A DNA stretch of 64,000 bases from Myxococcota bacterium (GCA_040386535.1 JAZKFH010000012.1:50371-114370), one strand, 5' to 3'; counted from the stretch's first letter, positions 49,071 through 59,389 are shown. Made by a program: numbers and translations. Notes: generated by a model not told the origin, from the letters alone.

Positions 49071-50072
49071 ATGAAGCCCACCCGCGCCTCCCTCCTTCTC
49101 CCGATCCTCATGGTCGTGCTCGCCGCGTGCGGTGGGGACCACCCCATGACCACGCTGGACGCGCATTCCGACCTGACGCGTGAGATCAACCACATCTACG
49201 GCCGGATCTTCTGGTGGACCGCGCTGCTGTTCATCCTGGTCCAGGGCGGCCTGATCTACACGGTGCTCCGGTTCCGCGCGAAGGGGAACGAGACCACGAA
49301 CCCCGAGCAGGTCCACGGCAACCTGAAGCTCGAGCTGACCTGGACGATCCTCCCGATCTTCATCCTCCTGCACATCGCCATCCCCACGGTCAGCCTGATC
49401 TTCAAGTCCCAGGCGCCCTCCACGGAGGAGGGCTCGGTGACCATCAACGCGCTCGGGGAGCAGTGGTGGTTCGCGTTCGAGTACCCCGAGCTCGGGGTGG
49501 TCACCGCGAACGAGATGCACATTCCGCTCGGCAAGGAGGTCGAAATCCGCCTCCAGAGCGACAACGTCATCCACTCCTTCTGGGTGCCCCAGCTCGCCGC
49601 CAAGCGCGACATGATGCCCGGCCGCGTGAACCAGATCAAGTTCAAGGCCGAGAAGCTGGGTGAGTTCCACGGGCAGTGCGCCGAGTACTGCGGGGACTCC
49701 CACGCCCTGATGAAGTTCCGCGTCGTTGTCGATACGCCGGAAGACTTCGCCAAGTGGGTCGAGGCCCAGAAGGCCCCGGCCGACACCGAGGCAGCCACCG
49801 CCAAGGCCGGCTTCGAGGCCTTCCAGGGCGCCGGTTGCGTGGCTTGCCACGCCATCCGCGGCACCACCGCCGCGGCCGTGATCGGGCCGGACCTCACCCA
49901 TGTCGGCTCCCGCACGATGATCGCGAGCGGCATCCTCGAGAACAACGCGGAGAACCTCAAGAAGTGGATCATGGATCCCACCGAGGTGAAGCCCGGATCG
50001 AAGATGCTCGACCTGAATCTCACGGATGAGCAGGCCACCAGCATCACCGCCTATCTCCAGACCCTGAAGTAG
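49071..50072 (+). CDS. coxB: Cytochrome c oxidase subunit II with C-terminal cytochrome c (caa3 type)
   Basis: LAAC lipobox; QWWF, VIHSFWVP, CAEYCGDSHALM (CuA); CVACH heme motif. Confidence 0.95.
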   Translation: MKPTRASLLLPILMVVLAACGGDHPMTTLDAHSDLTREINHIYGRIFWWTALLFILVQGGLIYTVLRFRAKGNETTNPEQVHGNLKLELTWTILPIFILLHIAIPTVSLIFKSQAPSTEEGSVTINALGEQWWFAFEYPELGVVTANEMHIPLGKEVEIRLQSDNVIHSFWVPQLAAKRDMMPGRVNQIKFKAEKLGEFHGQCAEYCGDSHALMKFRVVVDTPEDFAKWVEAQKAPADTEAATAKAGFEAFQGAGCVACHAIRGTTAAAVIGPDLTHVGSRTMIASGILENNAENLKKWIMDPTEVKPGSKMLDLNLTDEQATSITAYLQTLK

Positions 50073-50092
50073 CTTCGAGAGGTCCGAACATC

Positions 50093-51982
50093 ATGGCCAC
50101 TCCCGCAGCCGTCCCCCACGCCACCGAACACGGGCACTCCGCGTCCCCGTCCGGTGTGTGGAGCTGGCTTACCACCGTCGATCACAAGCGGATCGGCATC
50201 CTCTACGGCCTCTCGGCCCTGGCGTTCTTCGTGCTCGGTGGCATCGAAGGGCTGATCATCCGAAGCCAGCTCTCCGTGCCGAACAACGACCTCGTGAGCG
50301 CGCCGTTCTACAACGCGCTGTTCACGATGCACGGCACGACCATGATCTTCCTCGGGGTCATGCCGCTGTCGGCCGCGTTCTTCAACTACATGATCCCGCT
50401 CCAGATCGGCGCGCGGGACGTGGTGTTCCCGCGGCTGAACTCGTTCAGCTACTGGTTGTTCCTGTTCGGCGCCCTCGTGCTGAACGCGCCGTTCCTCATC
50501 CAGCCGTTCACCTCGGGGATCGACCCCGCGTCGGCCATGGCGCCGCTCACCCGCGTCATCCCCGACGGCGGCTGGTTCGGCTACGCCACGCTCACGGGCA
50601 AAGAGTTCTCTCCCTACCTGTCGATCGACTTCTGGGTCGCGGGCCTCCAGATCCTCGGCATCGCGTCGATGGCGGCGGGCTTCAACTTCATCGTCACCAT
50701 CTTCAACATGCGCGCCCCCGGCATGTCGATGCTGCGCATGCCCGTCTTCACGTGGATGACGCTGGTCGTGCAGTTCCTCGTGGTGCTGTCGTTCCCCTGC
50801 ATCACCGTGGCGCTGATCCTCCTCCTCATGGATCGGCTGTTCGGCACGCACTTCTACATTCCGTCGGCCGGCGGTGACCCGCTCCTCTGGCAGCACCTCT
50901 TCTGGCTCTTCGGCCACCCCGAGGTGTACATCCTGATCCTCCCGGCGATGGGGATCGTGTCCGAGGTGCTCCCGGTCTTCTCGCGCAAGCCCCTCTTCGG
51001 CGCGCCGTTCGTCATCTTCTCCGGCATCACCATCGGCCTGCTCGGGTTCGGCGTGTGGGCGCACCACATGTTCACCACGGGCCTCGGCGCCGCGGCGGAC
51101 GCCGCGTTCTCCGTGACCACGATGCTCATCGCCATCCCGACCGGCGTGAAGATCTTCAACTGGATCTTCACCGTGTGGGGCGGGCACGTGAAGCTCACCA
51201 CGGCGATGTTGTTCTCGCTCGGCTTCGTCGGCATGTTCACGATGGGCGGCTTGTCCGGCGTCATGCACTCGTCGCCGCCGGTCGACCTGCAACAGCAGGA
51301 CTCGTACTTCGTCGTCGCGCACTTCCACTACGTGCTCTTCGGCGGCGCGATCTTCGGCCTCTTCTCGGGCATCTACTACTGGTTCCCGAAGATGTCGGGT
51401 CGGTTCCTCGACGAGAAGTGGGGCAAGGTGATCTTCACCTTCGTGCTCGGCGGGTTCAACCTGACCTTCTTCCCGATGCACTTCGTCGGCGCGTGGGGCA
51501 TGCCCCGCCGCATCTACACCTACGACGAAGGCATGGGCTGGGACCAGATCAACCTGCTCGAGACGGTCGGTGCGTTCATCCTCGCGTTCGGCGTGCTGCT
51601 CTTCCTCATCAGCTTCTTCCGCTCGATGCGGAGCGGGGAGATCGCCGGTCCCAACCCGTGGGACGCCGCGACCCTGGAGTGGCTCACCACCTCTCCGCCC
51701 GCCGTGCACAACTTCGACAAGACGCCGATGGTCTACAGTGACCGTCCCGTCTGGGAGAAGGCGCACGGCCCCGGCCCCGGGTACTCGCTGCCCGAGGGGG
51801 ACGAGCACATCCACCTGCCGCCGCCGTCGATCAAGCCGCTCATCGGCGCGGTCGGGGTCGGGCTCTTCCTCACGAGCTTCGTCGTCCTCAACCTGACGAA
51901 CCTCGCGCTGGGCATCACCGCGCTCGGGCTCGCCCTGATCTTCTACTCGTTCTACACCTGGTTCCTCGAGCCGGGGCACTAG
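50093..51982 (+). CDS. coxA: Cytochrome c oxidase subunit I (type A1)
   Basis: DHKRIG, TMHG, FGHPEVY, WAHHM, VAHFHY, GMPRR; two extra C-terminal TMs. Confidence 0.97.
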   Translation: MATPAAVPHATEHGHSASPSGVWSWLTTVDHKRIGILYGLSALAFFVLGGIEGLIIRSQLSVPNNDLVSAPFYNALFTMHGTTMIFLGVMPLSAAFFNYMIPLQIGARDVVFPRLNSFSYWLFLFGALVLNAPFLIQPFTSGIDPASAMAPLTRVIPDGGWFGYATLTGKEFSPYLSIDFWVAGLQILGIASMAAGFNFIVTIFNMRAPGMSMLRMPVFTWMTLVVQFLVVLSFPCITVALILLLMDRLFGTHFYIPSAGGDPLLWQHLFWLFGHPEVYILILPAMGIVSEVLPVFSRKPLFGAPFVIFSGITIGLLGFGVWAHHMFTTGLGAAADAAFSVTTMLIAIPTGVKIFNWIFTVWGGHVKLTTAMLFSLGFVGMFTMGGLSGVMHSSPPVDLQQQDSYFVVAHFHYVLFGGAIFGLFSGIYYWFPKMSGRFLDEKWGKVIFTFVLGGFNLTFFPMHFVGAWGMPRRIYTYDEGMGWDQINLLETVGAFILAFGVLLFLISFFRSMRSGEIAGPNPWDAATLEWLTTSPPAVHNFDKTPMVYSDRPVWEKAHGPGPGYSLPEGDEHIHLPPPSIKPLIGAVGVGLFLTSFVVLNLTNLALGITALGLALIFYSFYTWFLEPGH

Positions 51983-51999
51983 ACCCCCTCCCGTACGGA

Positions 52000-52596
52000 G
52001 TGCACGTGTCCTCTGCCGCAGCGCATCACCCGGCCACCACCCTGGGCGTCGACAACTACAAGTTGGCGATGTGGACCTTTCTCGGGTCCGAATGCTTCTT
52101 CTTCGGTTCGCTCATCGGAACCTACATGTCGTACCGCGGGAAGAGCCTCACCGGGCCCTACCCGCTCGACGTGTTCGATCCCGCCGTCACGTCCTTGTCG
52201 ACCTTCGATCTGCTCGCGTCGTCGTTGTTCATGGTGTTCGCCGTGCACTACGCCAAGACCGGGGAGATCAAGAAGATGCTGGCGTGGCTCGGGGCCACGA
52301 TCGTGGGCGGGCTCATCTTCCTGGGCTTCCAGTACTACGAATTCTCGCACTTCGTGCACGAGGGCCTGACTCTCAAGTCCAACCTGTTCGGCGCCACCTT
52401 CTACGTGCTCACCGGGTTCCACGGCACGCACGTGGCGGTGGGCGTGTTGCTCCTCGCGTCGGTCGGCTGGGCCGGGGCGCGCGGGCACCTCGCCAACGTC
52501 GGTGACAGCGTCGAGGTCATCGGGTTGTACTGGCACTTCGTCGACGTGGTCTGGATCGTCATCTTCACCCTCGTCTACCTGCTGGAGTACACGTGA
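52000..52596 (+). CDS. coxC: Cytochrome c oxidase subunit III
   Basis: FLGSECFFF, TGFHGTHV, YWHFVDVVW. Confidence 0.95.
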   Translation: MHVSSAAAHHPATTLGVDNYKLAMWTFLGSECFFFGSLIGTYMSYRGKSLTGPYPLDVFDPAVTSLSTFDLLASSLFMVFAVHYAKTGEIKKMLAWLGATIVGGLIFLGFQYYEFSHFVHEGLTLKSNLFGATFYVLTGFHGTHVAVGVLLLASVGWAGARGHLANVGDSVEVIGLYWHFVDVVWIVIFTLVYLLEYT

Positions 52597-53471
52597 GCAG
52601 CCCCGGCCACAATGAGGGTGGGGGCCATGCCTCTACCGAGCACGCGCCGCATCCGAACCCGCTCCGCATGTACATCGGCGTGTTCATCGCGCTGACGGCG
52701 GTGACGGTGTTCGAGATGTTGCCGCTCTTCGGCATCATGGACCTCCCGGGCCCGCTGCTCCTGGCGCTCTCCGCGCTGAAGTTCGTCGCGGTCTGCAGCT
52801 TCTTCATGCACCTGTGGGGAGATCACCCGGTCTTCTCCCGGTTGTTCTACATCCCGCTGGTCATGGTGATCGGCACCGTCATGGTGCTGATGACCCTGTT
52901 CGGCGCGTGGACCTTGTCCTACCGCACCAACGAGCGCGGCACGGACACGGAAGAGGTCGCGGCCCGCTACCGTGGCGTCTACGAGGGCACCTGCAACGCG
53001 TGGGTCAAGAGCGCGTTCACCGGCAACGAGTACTGCTCGTCGCCCTGGGTCGCGTTCGCGAACACGGCGGCCTACGAGGAGCTCCAGAAGCCCGCGGCGG
53101 ACCTCCCCGAGTTCGCCGGGTGGGACACCAAGTCGCCGGACGAGAAGCAGGCGGCGCTCATGGCCGTCGGCGAGACCGTCTACACGACCAACTGCGGCGC
53201 GTGCCACCAGGCGAACGGCCTCGGCCTCGCCGGGGTGTTCCCGCCGCTCGCCAACGACGCGATGGTAGCCGGCCCCCCCGAAGCGCACATCAACGTGGTG
53301 CTGAAGGGCATGGTCGGGGTTCCCATCGGCGGCGTGGCGTACGCCTCCGCGATGCCGGCGTGGCCGCAGCTCTCGGACCAGCAGATCGCGGCCGTCATCA
53401 CGTACGAGCGCAACAGCTGGGGCAACAAGTCTGGGATGGTCGAGCCCGCGCAGGTGGCGGCGCTCCGGTAG
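52593..53471 (+). CDS. Cytochrome c oxidase subunit IV fused to a cytochrome c domain
   Basis: Three TMs with K.....FFMHL (subunit IV), then CGACHQANG.G..GVFPPLA...MPAW. Confidence 0.85.
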   Translation: MSSPGHNEGGGHASTEHAPHPNPLRMYIGVFIALTAVTVFEMLPLFGIMDLPGPLLLALSALKFVAVCSFFMHLWGDHPVFSRLFYIPLVMVIGTVMVLMTLFGAWTLSYRTNERGTDTEEVAARYRGVYEGTCNAWVKSAFTGNEYCSSPWVAFANTAAYEELQKPAADLPEFAGWDTKSPDEKQAALMAVGETVYTTNCGACHQANGLGLAGVFPPLANDAMVAGPPEAHINVVLKGMVGVPIGGVAYASAMPAWPQLSDQQIAAVITYERNSWGNKSGMVEPAQVAALR

Positions 53472-53494
53472 GGCGGTAGCCCGGGAGAGATCGG

Positions 53495-54436
53495 ATGCTC
53501 ACGATGCTTTGGTGGATCCTGCCCGCGAGGGCGCACCAGGGCATCGTGATGCCCTGGGACCCGGACGAGATTGACTATGAGTCGGCGCCACCCGATGCGT
53601 GGCTGGCGCTCGACCTCCATGTCTCTGTGGTCCTCGGGATCCTCTCGTTCTGCGCGCTCTACTTCTACGCCGTCGGCGCCTTGCGCCGGAAGCACGGCTG
53701 GTCGGAGGCGCCGGTCGAGACGTGGCGCGTGGTGTGCTTCGTGCTCGGGCAGCTCGTGCTGTTCGGCTCGTTGAACGGCCCCATCCACCACTTGTCCGAC
53801 TACTTCCTGTTCTCGGCGCACATGGTGCAGCACCTGCTGCTGAACCTCGTCTGGGCGCCGCTGACCGTGTTGGCGATCCCGCCCTGGCTCATCGAGGCCG
53901 CGCTCCGGGTGTCCTGGGTGCGCCCGATCGCCACGTGGCTCTCCAGCCTTCGGGTGAAGTTCGTCCTCTACAACGGGGCCCTGTACTTCTGGCACATCCC
54001 GATGATGTACGACGGGGCGCTGGCGAACCACCCGGTGCACATCGTCGAGCACCTCTCCTTCATGGCGACGTCCGTGATCGCGTGGTTCGGCCTGCTCTGC
54101 GCGTCCCCGTCGCTCCCGCGCCCGGCGCCGATCTACCAGCTCGTCTACCTGTTCATGATGACGATCCCGATGAAGCTGCTCGGCGCCATCATCACGCTCG
54201 CGGACGACGTGATCTACCGCGGGTACGACGCCGCGCCGCGCATGTGGGGCATCACCCCGATGATCGACCAGGGCTACGGCGGCCTCCTGATGTGGCTGCC
54301 GGGCGGGCTCGTGTTGTGGGGCAGCATGATCTACGTGTTCGCCCGCTGGGTGGAGAGCGAGCGCGCCGCGCAGGCCCTCGAGATCGCGGCCCTCGGGCGC
54401 GCCGAGCCGCTGCGCGCGGTCGAGGCGGACCCATGA
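53495..54436 (+). CDS. ctaG: Cytochrome c oxidase caa3 assembly factor
   Basis: LFSAHMVQHLLL, WHIP, EH, DQ..GGLLMW.PG. Confidence 0.9.
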   Translation: MLTMLWWILPARAHQGIVMPWDPDEIDYESAPPDAWLALDLHVSVVLGILSFCALYFYAVGALRRKHGWSEAPVETWRVVCFVLGQLVLFGSLNGPIHHLSDYFLFSAHMVQHLLLNLVWAPLTVLAIPPWLIEAALRVSWVRPIATWLSSLRVKFVLYNGALYFWHIPMMYDGALANHPVHIVEHLSFMATSVIAWFGLLCASPSLPRPAPIYQLVYLFMMTIPMKLLGAIITLADDVIYRGYDAAPRMWGITPMIDQGYGGLLMWLPGGLVLWGSMIYVFARWVESERAAQALEIAALGRAEPLRAVEADP

Positions 54437-54894
54437 TCGCGCTCTTCGTGCTGCTGGCGTGCGGCGCCCCCTCGACAGAGGCCCCGACCGCGCCGTCGAC
54501 GCCCGTCCCCGTCCCCGCCGCGGCCCCCGCGACCGACACCGCCCCGCTCGTCACCGCCCGGAAGCTCTACCGAGTCACGTGGCGCACCGAGCCCACCCCG
54601 CCGCCGCTCTCCACGTTGTTCGAGATCGAGGCCACGTTGACGGACGCCGCGGGCACGCCCGTTCCCGACGCCACGGTGCGCATCGACGCGCGCATGCCAC
54701 AACACGGGCACGGCATGGCGACCAAGCCCGAGGACGACCCCGGTGTGTGCGACACGAGCGGCGTCTGCACCCACGCGGACGGCGTCTACCGCACCCGCGG
54801 CATGAAGTTCCACATGCCCGGCGAGTGGACGCTGCGTTTTGACGTCGAGGGCCCCGCGGGCACGGACCACCTCGAAGTGCCCCTCCGGCTGTGA
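54433..54894 (+). CDS. YtkA/FixH-like lipoprotein
   Basis: LLAC lipobox; MPQHGHGM and FHMPGEW motifs; ATG 54433 overlaps the ctaG stop. Confidence 0.78.
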   Translation: MIALFVLLACGAPSTEAPTAPSTPVPVPAAAPATDTAPLVTARKLYRVTWRTEPTPPPLSTLFEIEATLTDAAGTPVPDATVRIDARMPQHGHGMATKPEDDPGVCDTSGVCTHADGVYRTRGMKFHMPGEWTLRFDVEGPAGTDHLEVPLRL

Positions 54895-56048
54895 TGCTGC
54901 TGATCCTGCTGGCGTGCGCCGATCCCGTGGGCTGGACCGAGGCCGAACGCGCCACGATCCTCTCGCTGTCGCCGGTGCCGAAGCCCGCCCCCTCGCCGAC
55001 CAACCGCGTGGCGGACGATCCCGCGGCCGCGCGCCTCGGCGAGGCCTTGTTTTTCGACGAGGGCCTCTCCATCGACGGGCAGACGTCCTGCGCCTCGTGC
55101 CACCTCCCGGGCCTGCACTTCACCGACGGGGAACGCGTCGCGACCGCCCTCGGCACGGGCACGCGCAACACCCCCTCGATCGAGACCGTCGCCTGGGGCA
55201 CCTGGTACTTCTGGGACGGGCGCGTCGACTCCGCGTGGGCCCAGGCCACCGGCCCGCTGCTCAACCCGATCGAGATGGGGGCCACCCCCGCGCACGTCCA
55301 GGAGCGCCTCCGCGCGACGCACGCCGCGGGCATGACCGAGGTGTTCGGCGGGGTGGCGGACGACCCCACGGACGCCCTGGTGCAGGCCGGCAAGGCGCTC
55401 GAGGCCTTCGAGCGCACGCTGGGGCCCAAGCCGGCGCGGTTCGACCGCTACGTCGCCGAGCTGAAGGCGGGCACCGACGGCGAGGTGTTGACGGCCGAGG
55501 AGAAGGCCGGGCTGCGCCTGTTCGTCGGCGAGGCGGCGTGTGTGAACTGCCACCACGGGCCGCTCTTCACCGACCACTCCTTCCACAACCTCGGCCTGCC
55601 GAACGTCCCCGCCGGTGGCATCGATCCGGGCCGCGCCCGGGGCGCCGGAGACGTAGGCGTGGACGCGCTCAACTGCCGCTCCCGCCACGCGGACCGCCCG
55701 TTCCCCGAAGGAACCGCCACGGAAGGCGCTCTCCTCGAAGCCACCGCGACCAACGCCGCCGCCGAGCCCTGCCCCGAGCTGCGCTACCTCGACCCGTCCT
55801 TCCCCGACTGGGCGGCGGCGTTCAAGACCCCGTCGCTCCGTAACGTCGCGGGGACCGGCCCCTACATGCACGACGGGCAGTTCGACTCGCTCGGCGCGGT
55901 GCTGAACTTCTACGATCGGCTCCCGGGCAAGCCCAACGTGGGCCATCGCGAGCTCACGCTCGAGCCGCTCGCGCTCTCGGCGTCCGAGCTCGCGGCGCTC
56001 GAGGCGTTCCTCCGCACGCTCAGCGCCGAGCCGCCCGCTGTACCCTGA
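54891..56048 (+). CDS. Di-heme cytochrome c peroxidase / MauG family protein
   Basis: CASCH, RNTPS, FWDGR, NPIEM, CVNCH, FKTPSLRNV..TGPYMHDG. Confidence 0.9.
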   Translation: MMLLILLACADPVGWTEAERATILSLSPVPKPAPSPTNRVADDPAAARLGEALFFDEGLSIDGQTSCASCHLPGLHFTDGERVATALGTGTRNTPSIETVAWGTWYFWDGRVDSAWAQATGPLLNPIEMGATPAHVQERLRATHAAGMTEVFGGVADDPTDALVQAGKALEAFERTLGPKPARFDRYVAELKAGTDGEVLTAEEKAGLRLFVGEAACVNCHHGPLFTDHSFHNLGLPNVPAGGIDPGRARGAGDVGVDALNCRSRHADRPFPEGTATEGALLEATATNAAAEPCPELRYLDPSFPDWAAAFKTPSLRNVAGTGPYMHDGQFDSLGAVLNFYDRLPGKPNVGHRELTLEPLALSASELAALEAFLRTLSAEPPAVP

Positions 56049-56051
56049 CGG

Positions 56052-57125
56052 TCAGGGAACCGAGTCGACCGCCGCCACCCAGCGATCCGCGCCGAACGCG
56101 AGCTGGTTCACGTGGAAGAAGGTGCCGACGAACACGGTGCGCGTGCCCGCTCCCCCCTCGATGATGTAGAGGTTCACGCCGTCGACCTCGGTGTTCTCGT
56201 TGTAGATCGAGCCGTACGCCGAGAGCACCTGGAGCGGGTTGCCGGGCACGGGCCAGAGCGACGGCGTCGTGGGCAGCTCCACCTGGCTCGAGTCCACGAG
56301 GCGCGCCCAGCTGCCGCCGCTGTCCGCGCTGCGCGAGACCGTCGTGATGGACTCCGCGTTCGTGGTGGTGACGAAGAGCGCGGCCGAGTCGTCCGGGTGG
56401 ATGGCGATCGCCGAGACCGCATCGGTGCCGATGGGGGTCCAGGTCACGCCCGCGTCCGTCGTGTGCCAGGCGCCCGAGGCCGCGCCGAGCACGGCGACGT
56501 TGAGGTTCGTCCTCGCGACGTCGGCGTCCGCGGGGTTGGTCGCCCCGGGCGGGAGCGCCGCGCCGGCGGTCCACGTGGCGCCGCCGTCGGTCGAGGTGAC
56601 CACGCCGCGCGCCTGGAGGCCGCGGAGCCGCAGGGGATCGGAGGCGTCCACCACGGGGGTGCCCCCCACGAAGGGCTCGCCGGGGTCGAACGTGGTCCAC
56701 GAGCCGCCGAAGTCGTCGCTCCAGGCGCTGGAGGTGGAGAGCGTGTCGAACGCGTAGACCCGGGCGCCGGCGCCGAGGAGCTTCCAGTCGCCCGACGGGA
56801 GGCTGCCGGCCTCGTCCCAGGTGCAGCCGCCGTCCACCGACTGGATCGTGCGCCCGTCGGTGACGGCCACGTAGGTGCGGTCGTCGCCGAGGGGGCCCGC
56901 CACGCCCGTCGTCACCTTGGTGTCGTTCGGCGACTCGAGCGGCGAGCGCACGGAGTTGCCGTCGTCCTGGTACAGGAGGATGCCCTCGGTCTCGCGGACG
57001 CGCCCGCACTGGGGCACGCCGGTGTCTTCGAGGTCGCCGCTGTCGAGCTTGTAGGGCTGGTTGTTGCACGCCCCGGCGAGGAGGACAGGGCCGAGGAGGG
57101 GCGCGAGGAGGAGGAGACGGTGCAT
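56052..57125 (-). CDS. Lipoprotein with BNR/Asp-box repeats (beta-propeller)
   Basis: AGAC lipobox; repeated S.DGG.TW motifs. Confidence 0.8.
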   Translation of the reverse strand: MHRLLLLAPLLGPVLLAGACNNQPYKLDSGDLEDTGVPQCGRVRETEGILLYQDDGNSVRSPLESPNDTKVTTGVAGPLGDDRTYVAVTDGRTIQSVDGGCTWDEAGSLPSGDWKLLGAGARVYAFDTLSTSSAWSDDFGGSWTTFDPGEPFVGGTPVVDASDPLRLRGLQARGVVTSTDGGATWTAGAALPPGATNPADADVARTNLNVAVLGAASGAWHTTDAGVTWTPIGTDAVSAIAIHPDDSAALFVTTTNAESITTVSRSADSGGSWARLVDSSQVELPTTPSLWPVPGNPLQVLSAYGSIYNENTEVDGVNLYIIEGGAGTRTVFVGTFFHVNQLAFGADRWVAAVDSVP

Positions 57126-58024
57126 CAGAGCCCCAGGCGGGCGCGTTCGGTCACGTCGCCCGGCTTGTTGAGGTGCCAGTAGGGGAGTCGGTCGGAGCCG
57201 CGGAGTGTACCGCGCTCGCCGGTCGTGGAGGCCCACGCGACGATCCGGTGGGGCGCCGCGGTCTCGACGCTCCACACGGTGGTGGGGCCCCCCGCGACGG
57301 CGACGGTGTAGAGGTCGACCGCGAAGGTGCCGAAGGGGACGGTCACGGAGCCGGCCGTGGGGGCGCGCGAGACGGTGGCGGTGCCGAGGGCGACGGGCTC
57401 GTGCGCGAACCGTTGCGCCATCTGCGCGGGCCACCAGGGCACGGTGCGCGAGGCGCCCGGGGCGAGCCACGGCCCGTCCAGCCCGCGCACCAGCACGGGC
57501 ACGGTGTCCTCGTACACCAGGTCGGCCGGCACCTTGTGGGTGGCCGGCGGGGTGGTGTCGCTGTCGAAGTAGGTGTGCGCGGTGACGTGCACGTTCGTCG
57601 GCCCCATGACCAGCTCGTCGTAGACCATCCCGCACCACTCCTGGGCGGAGAACGTGATCTTGAGCGGATCGAACGCGTCCATCCGATCGCCACCATCGAC
57701 CCGCAGGAACGACGACGTCATCGTGTGGTACGGGTAGATGCCCGTCAGGAAGTCGCGGTTCTGGTTGAGCTTCATCACCTTGCGGATGTCGGACTCGGGG
57801 TGCGCGCCGGGATCGGCCTTGACCCGCTCCGACCACGAGAAGTCTTCCGTGACGAAGATGAGCACCGCCTGGCCGTCCCGCAGCTCTCCATAGCGGGGCT
57901 GGACGAGATCGTAGCTGGAGAGCTCGGCCTTGCCGTCGCCCCAGTGCGCCCAGAATTCGGGGGAGGCGGACTGGGCGGGGGGCGCCGCGCAGGCGAGGAG
58001 CGCCAGGATCACGCGCGCTCCCAT
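57125..58024 (-). CDS. Hypothetical secreted/lipoprotein
   Basis: LLAC; FWAHWGDGKAE..Y...RYGE.R.G.AVLIFVTE, QEWCG; function not recognised. Confidence 0.7.
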   Translation of the reverse strand: MGARVILALLACAAPPAQSASPEFWAHWGDGKAELSSYDLVQPRYGELRDGQAVLIFVTEDFSWSERVKADPGAHPESDIRKVMKLNQNRDFLTGIYPYHTMTSSFLRVDGGDRMDAFDPLKITFSAQEWCGMVYDELVMGPTNVHVTAHTYFDSDTTPPATHKVPADLVYEDTVPVLVRGLDGPWLAPGASRTVPWWPAQMAQRFAHEPVALGTATVSRAPTAGSVTVPFGTFAVDLYTVAVAGGPTTVWSVETAAPHRIVAWASTTGERGTLRGSDRLPYWHLNKPGDVTERARLGL

Positions 58025-59373
58025 CGCGACACGACCTCGACGTGGCCGGTCTGCGGGAACAGGTCGACCGCCCAGCGGTCCGTGCAGCGCCAGCCGGCGT
58101 CGATCAGGGCGAGGCCGTCTCGCAGGAGCGACGTGGGCTTGCAGGCGACGTAGACGAGGGCCTTCGCGTCGAGCCCCGCCACGAACGCGAGCGCCGCGGG
58201 GTGCAGGCCGACCCGCGGCGGGTCGATGATGACCACGGGCTGCGTGCCCTCCGACCGGAGCTGCGCCTGGAGCTCGGCGACCTGCTTCTCCACCTCGCCG
58301 GCGAGGAACGTGGCCTCGACGCCGTTGGCGGCGGCGTTCGCACGCGCGTCCGCGATGGAGGCCTCGTTCGCGTCGATCCCGACGACCCGATCGAAGGACT
58401 TCGCGCACGCGAGGCCGAGCGCGCCGGTGCCGCAGTACAGATCGACCAGCGTGCTGCCGGACCCCGCCGCCTCGGCGACGGTGGCGCAGAGCTGCTCGGC
58501 GCCCACGGGGTTGACCTGGAAGAACGCGGTGGGAGAGAGGCGGTAGGTGAGCCCGCCGAGGCGCTCCACGACGTGATCCTGGCCGCACAGGACCGCGCGG
58601 AGCGTGCCGATCGCGGCGTCCGCCTTCGCGTCGGTCTCGTACCAGAGCACCCCGGCGGCGCCCCAGGCCGGCGCGTGCGCCGCGAGCCAGGCCGCGTGGT
58701 CGTCGTCGCCGCTGGTCGTGAACAGCATGACGAGCACGCCGTTGCGCCCCTCGCGCAGGCCGAGGTGGCGCCAGAACCCGGTGTGGGCGACCGGGTCCCA
58801 GAGCGCCCAGGGCGTGTCGATGGTGTCGGCGCGCACCTTGGCGAGCACGGTGTTCATCGCGTCGGACATGATCTCGCAGCGCGGCGCGTCGACCACCTTG
58901 TCGAAGCGCCCGGGCGCATGCATCCCGAGGAACCGGCCCTCGCGGGTGATGCCCGTGTCGAGCTCGGTCTTCGCCATGTACCGGAGGCGCCCGTACGAGA
59001 GCTCGACCTTGTTGCGGTAGCCGTAGCCCTCGGCGCCCACCAGCCCGTGATCCACCCCGCCCAACGGCCCGAGCAGCCGCGCCAACGCCGCCTGCTTCTC
59101 GACACGCTGCCGCTCGAGCGGCATGTGTTGCCACTGGCACCCGCCACACACGCCGAACTGGGCGCAGCGCGGCGCCACCGCGTCCTCCGCTGGGGAGAGC
59201 ACGTCCAGCAGGATGCCGGACTTGGGCTTGCCACCCACCGCCACGGTGCTGCCGGGCGCGGCGCCGCGCACGCTCCAGCGCTTGTCCTTGGCGTCGACCC
59301 CGGAGCCGGTGCCGTCGGGGCCGAAGGAGTCGATCGAGACCTGGACGGGATTTCGGAAGGCAGCTTTTCGCAC
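58009..59373 (-). CDS. rlmD: 23S rRNA (uracil-C5)-methyltransferase, RlmD/TrmA family
   Basis: C..FGVCGGC, YRNK, AFFQVN, DLYCGTG, DPPR.G, YVAC, DLFPQTGHVE. Confidence 0.9.
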   Translation of the reverse strand: MRKAAFRNPVQVSIDSFGPDGTGSGVDAKDKRWSVRGAAPGSTVAVGGKPKSGILLDVLSPAEDAVAPRCAQFGVCGGCQWQHMPLERQRVEKQAALARLLGPLGGVDHGLVGAEGYGYRNKVELSYGRLRYMAKTELDTGITREGRFLGMHAPGRFDKVVDAPRCEIMSDAMNTVLAKVRADTIDTPWALWDPVAHTGFWRHLGLREGRNGVLVMLFTTSGDDDHAAWLAAHAPAWGAAGVLWYETDAKADAAIGTLRAVLCGQDHVVERLGGLTYRLSPTAFFQVNPVGAEQLCATVAEAAGSGSTLVDLYCGTGALGLACAKSFDRVVGIDANEASIADARANAAANGVEATFLAGEVEKQVAELQAQLRSEGTQPVVIIDPPRVGLHPAALAFVAGLDAKALVYVACKPTSLLRDGLALIDAGWRCTDRWAVDLFPQTGHVEVVSRWERA

Positions 59374-59389
59374 GGGTGCGTCTATCCCG

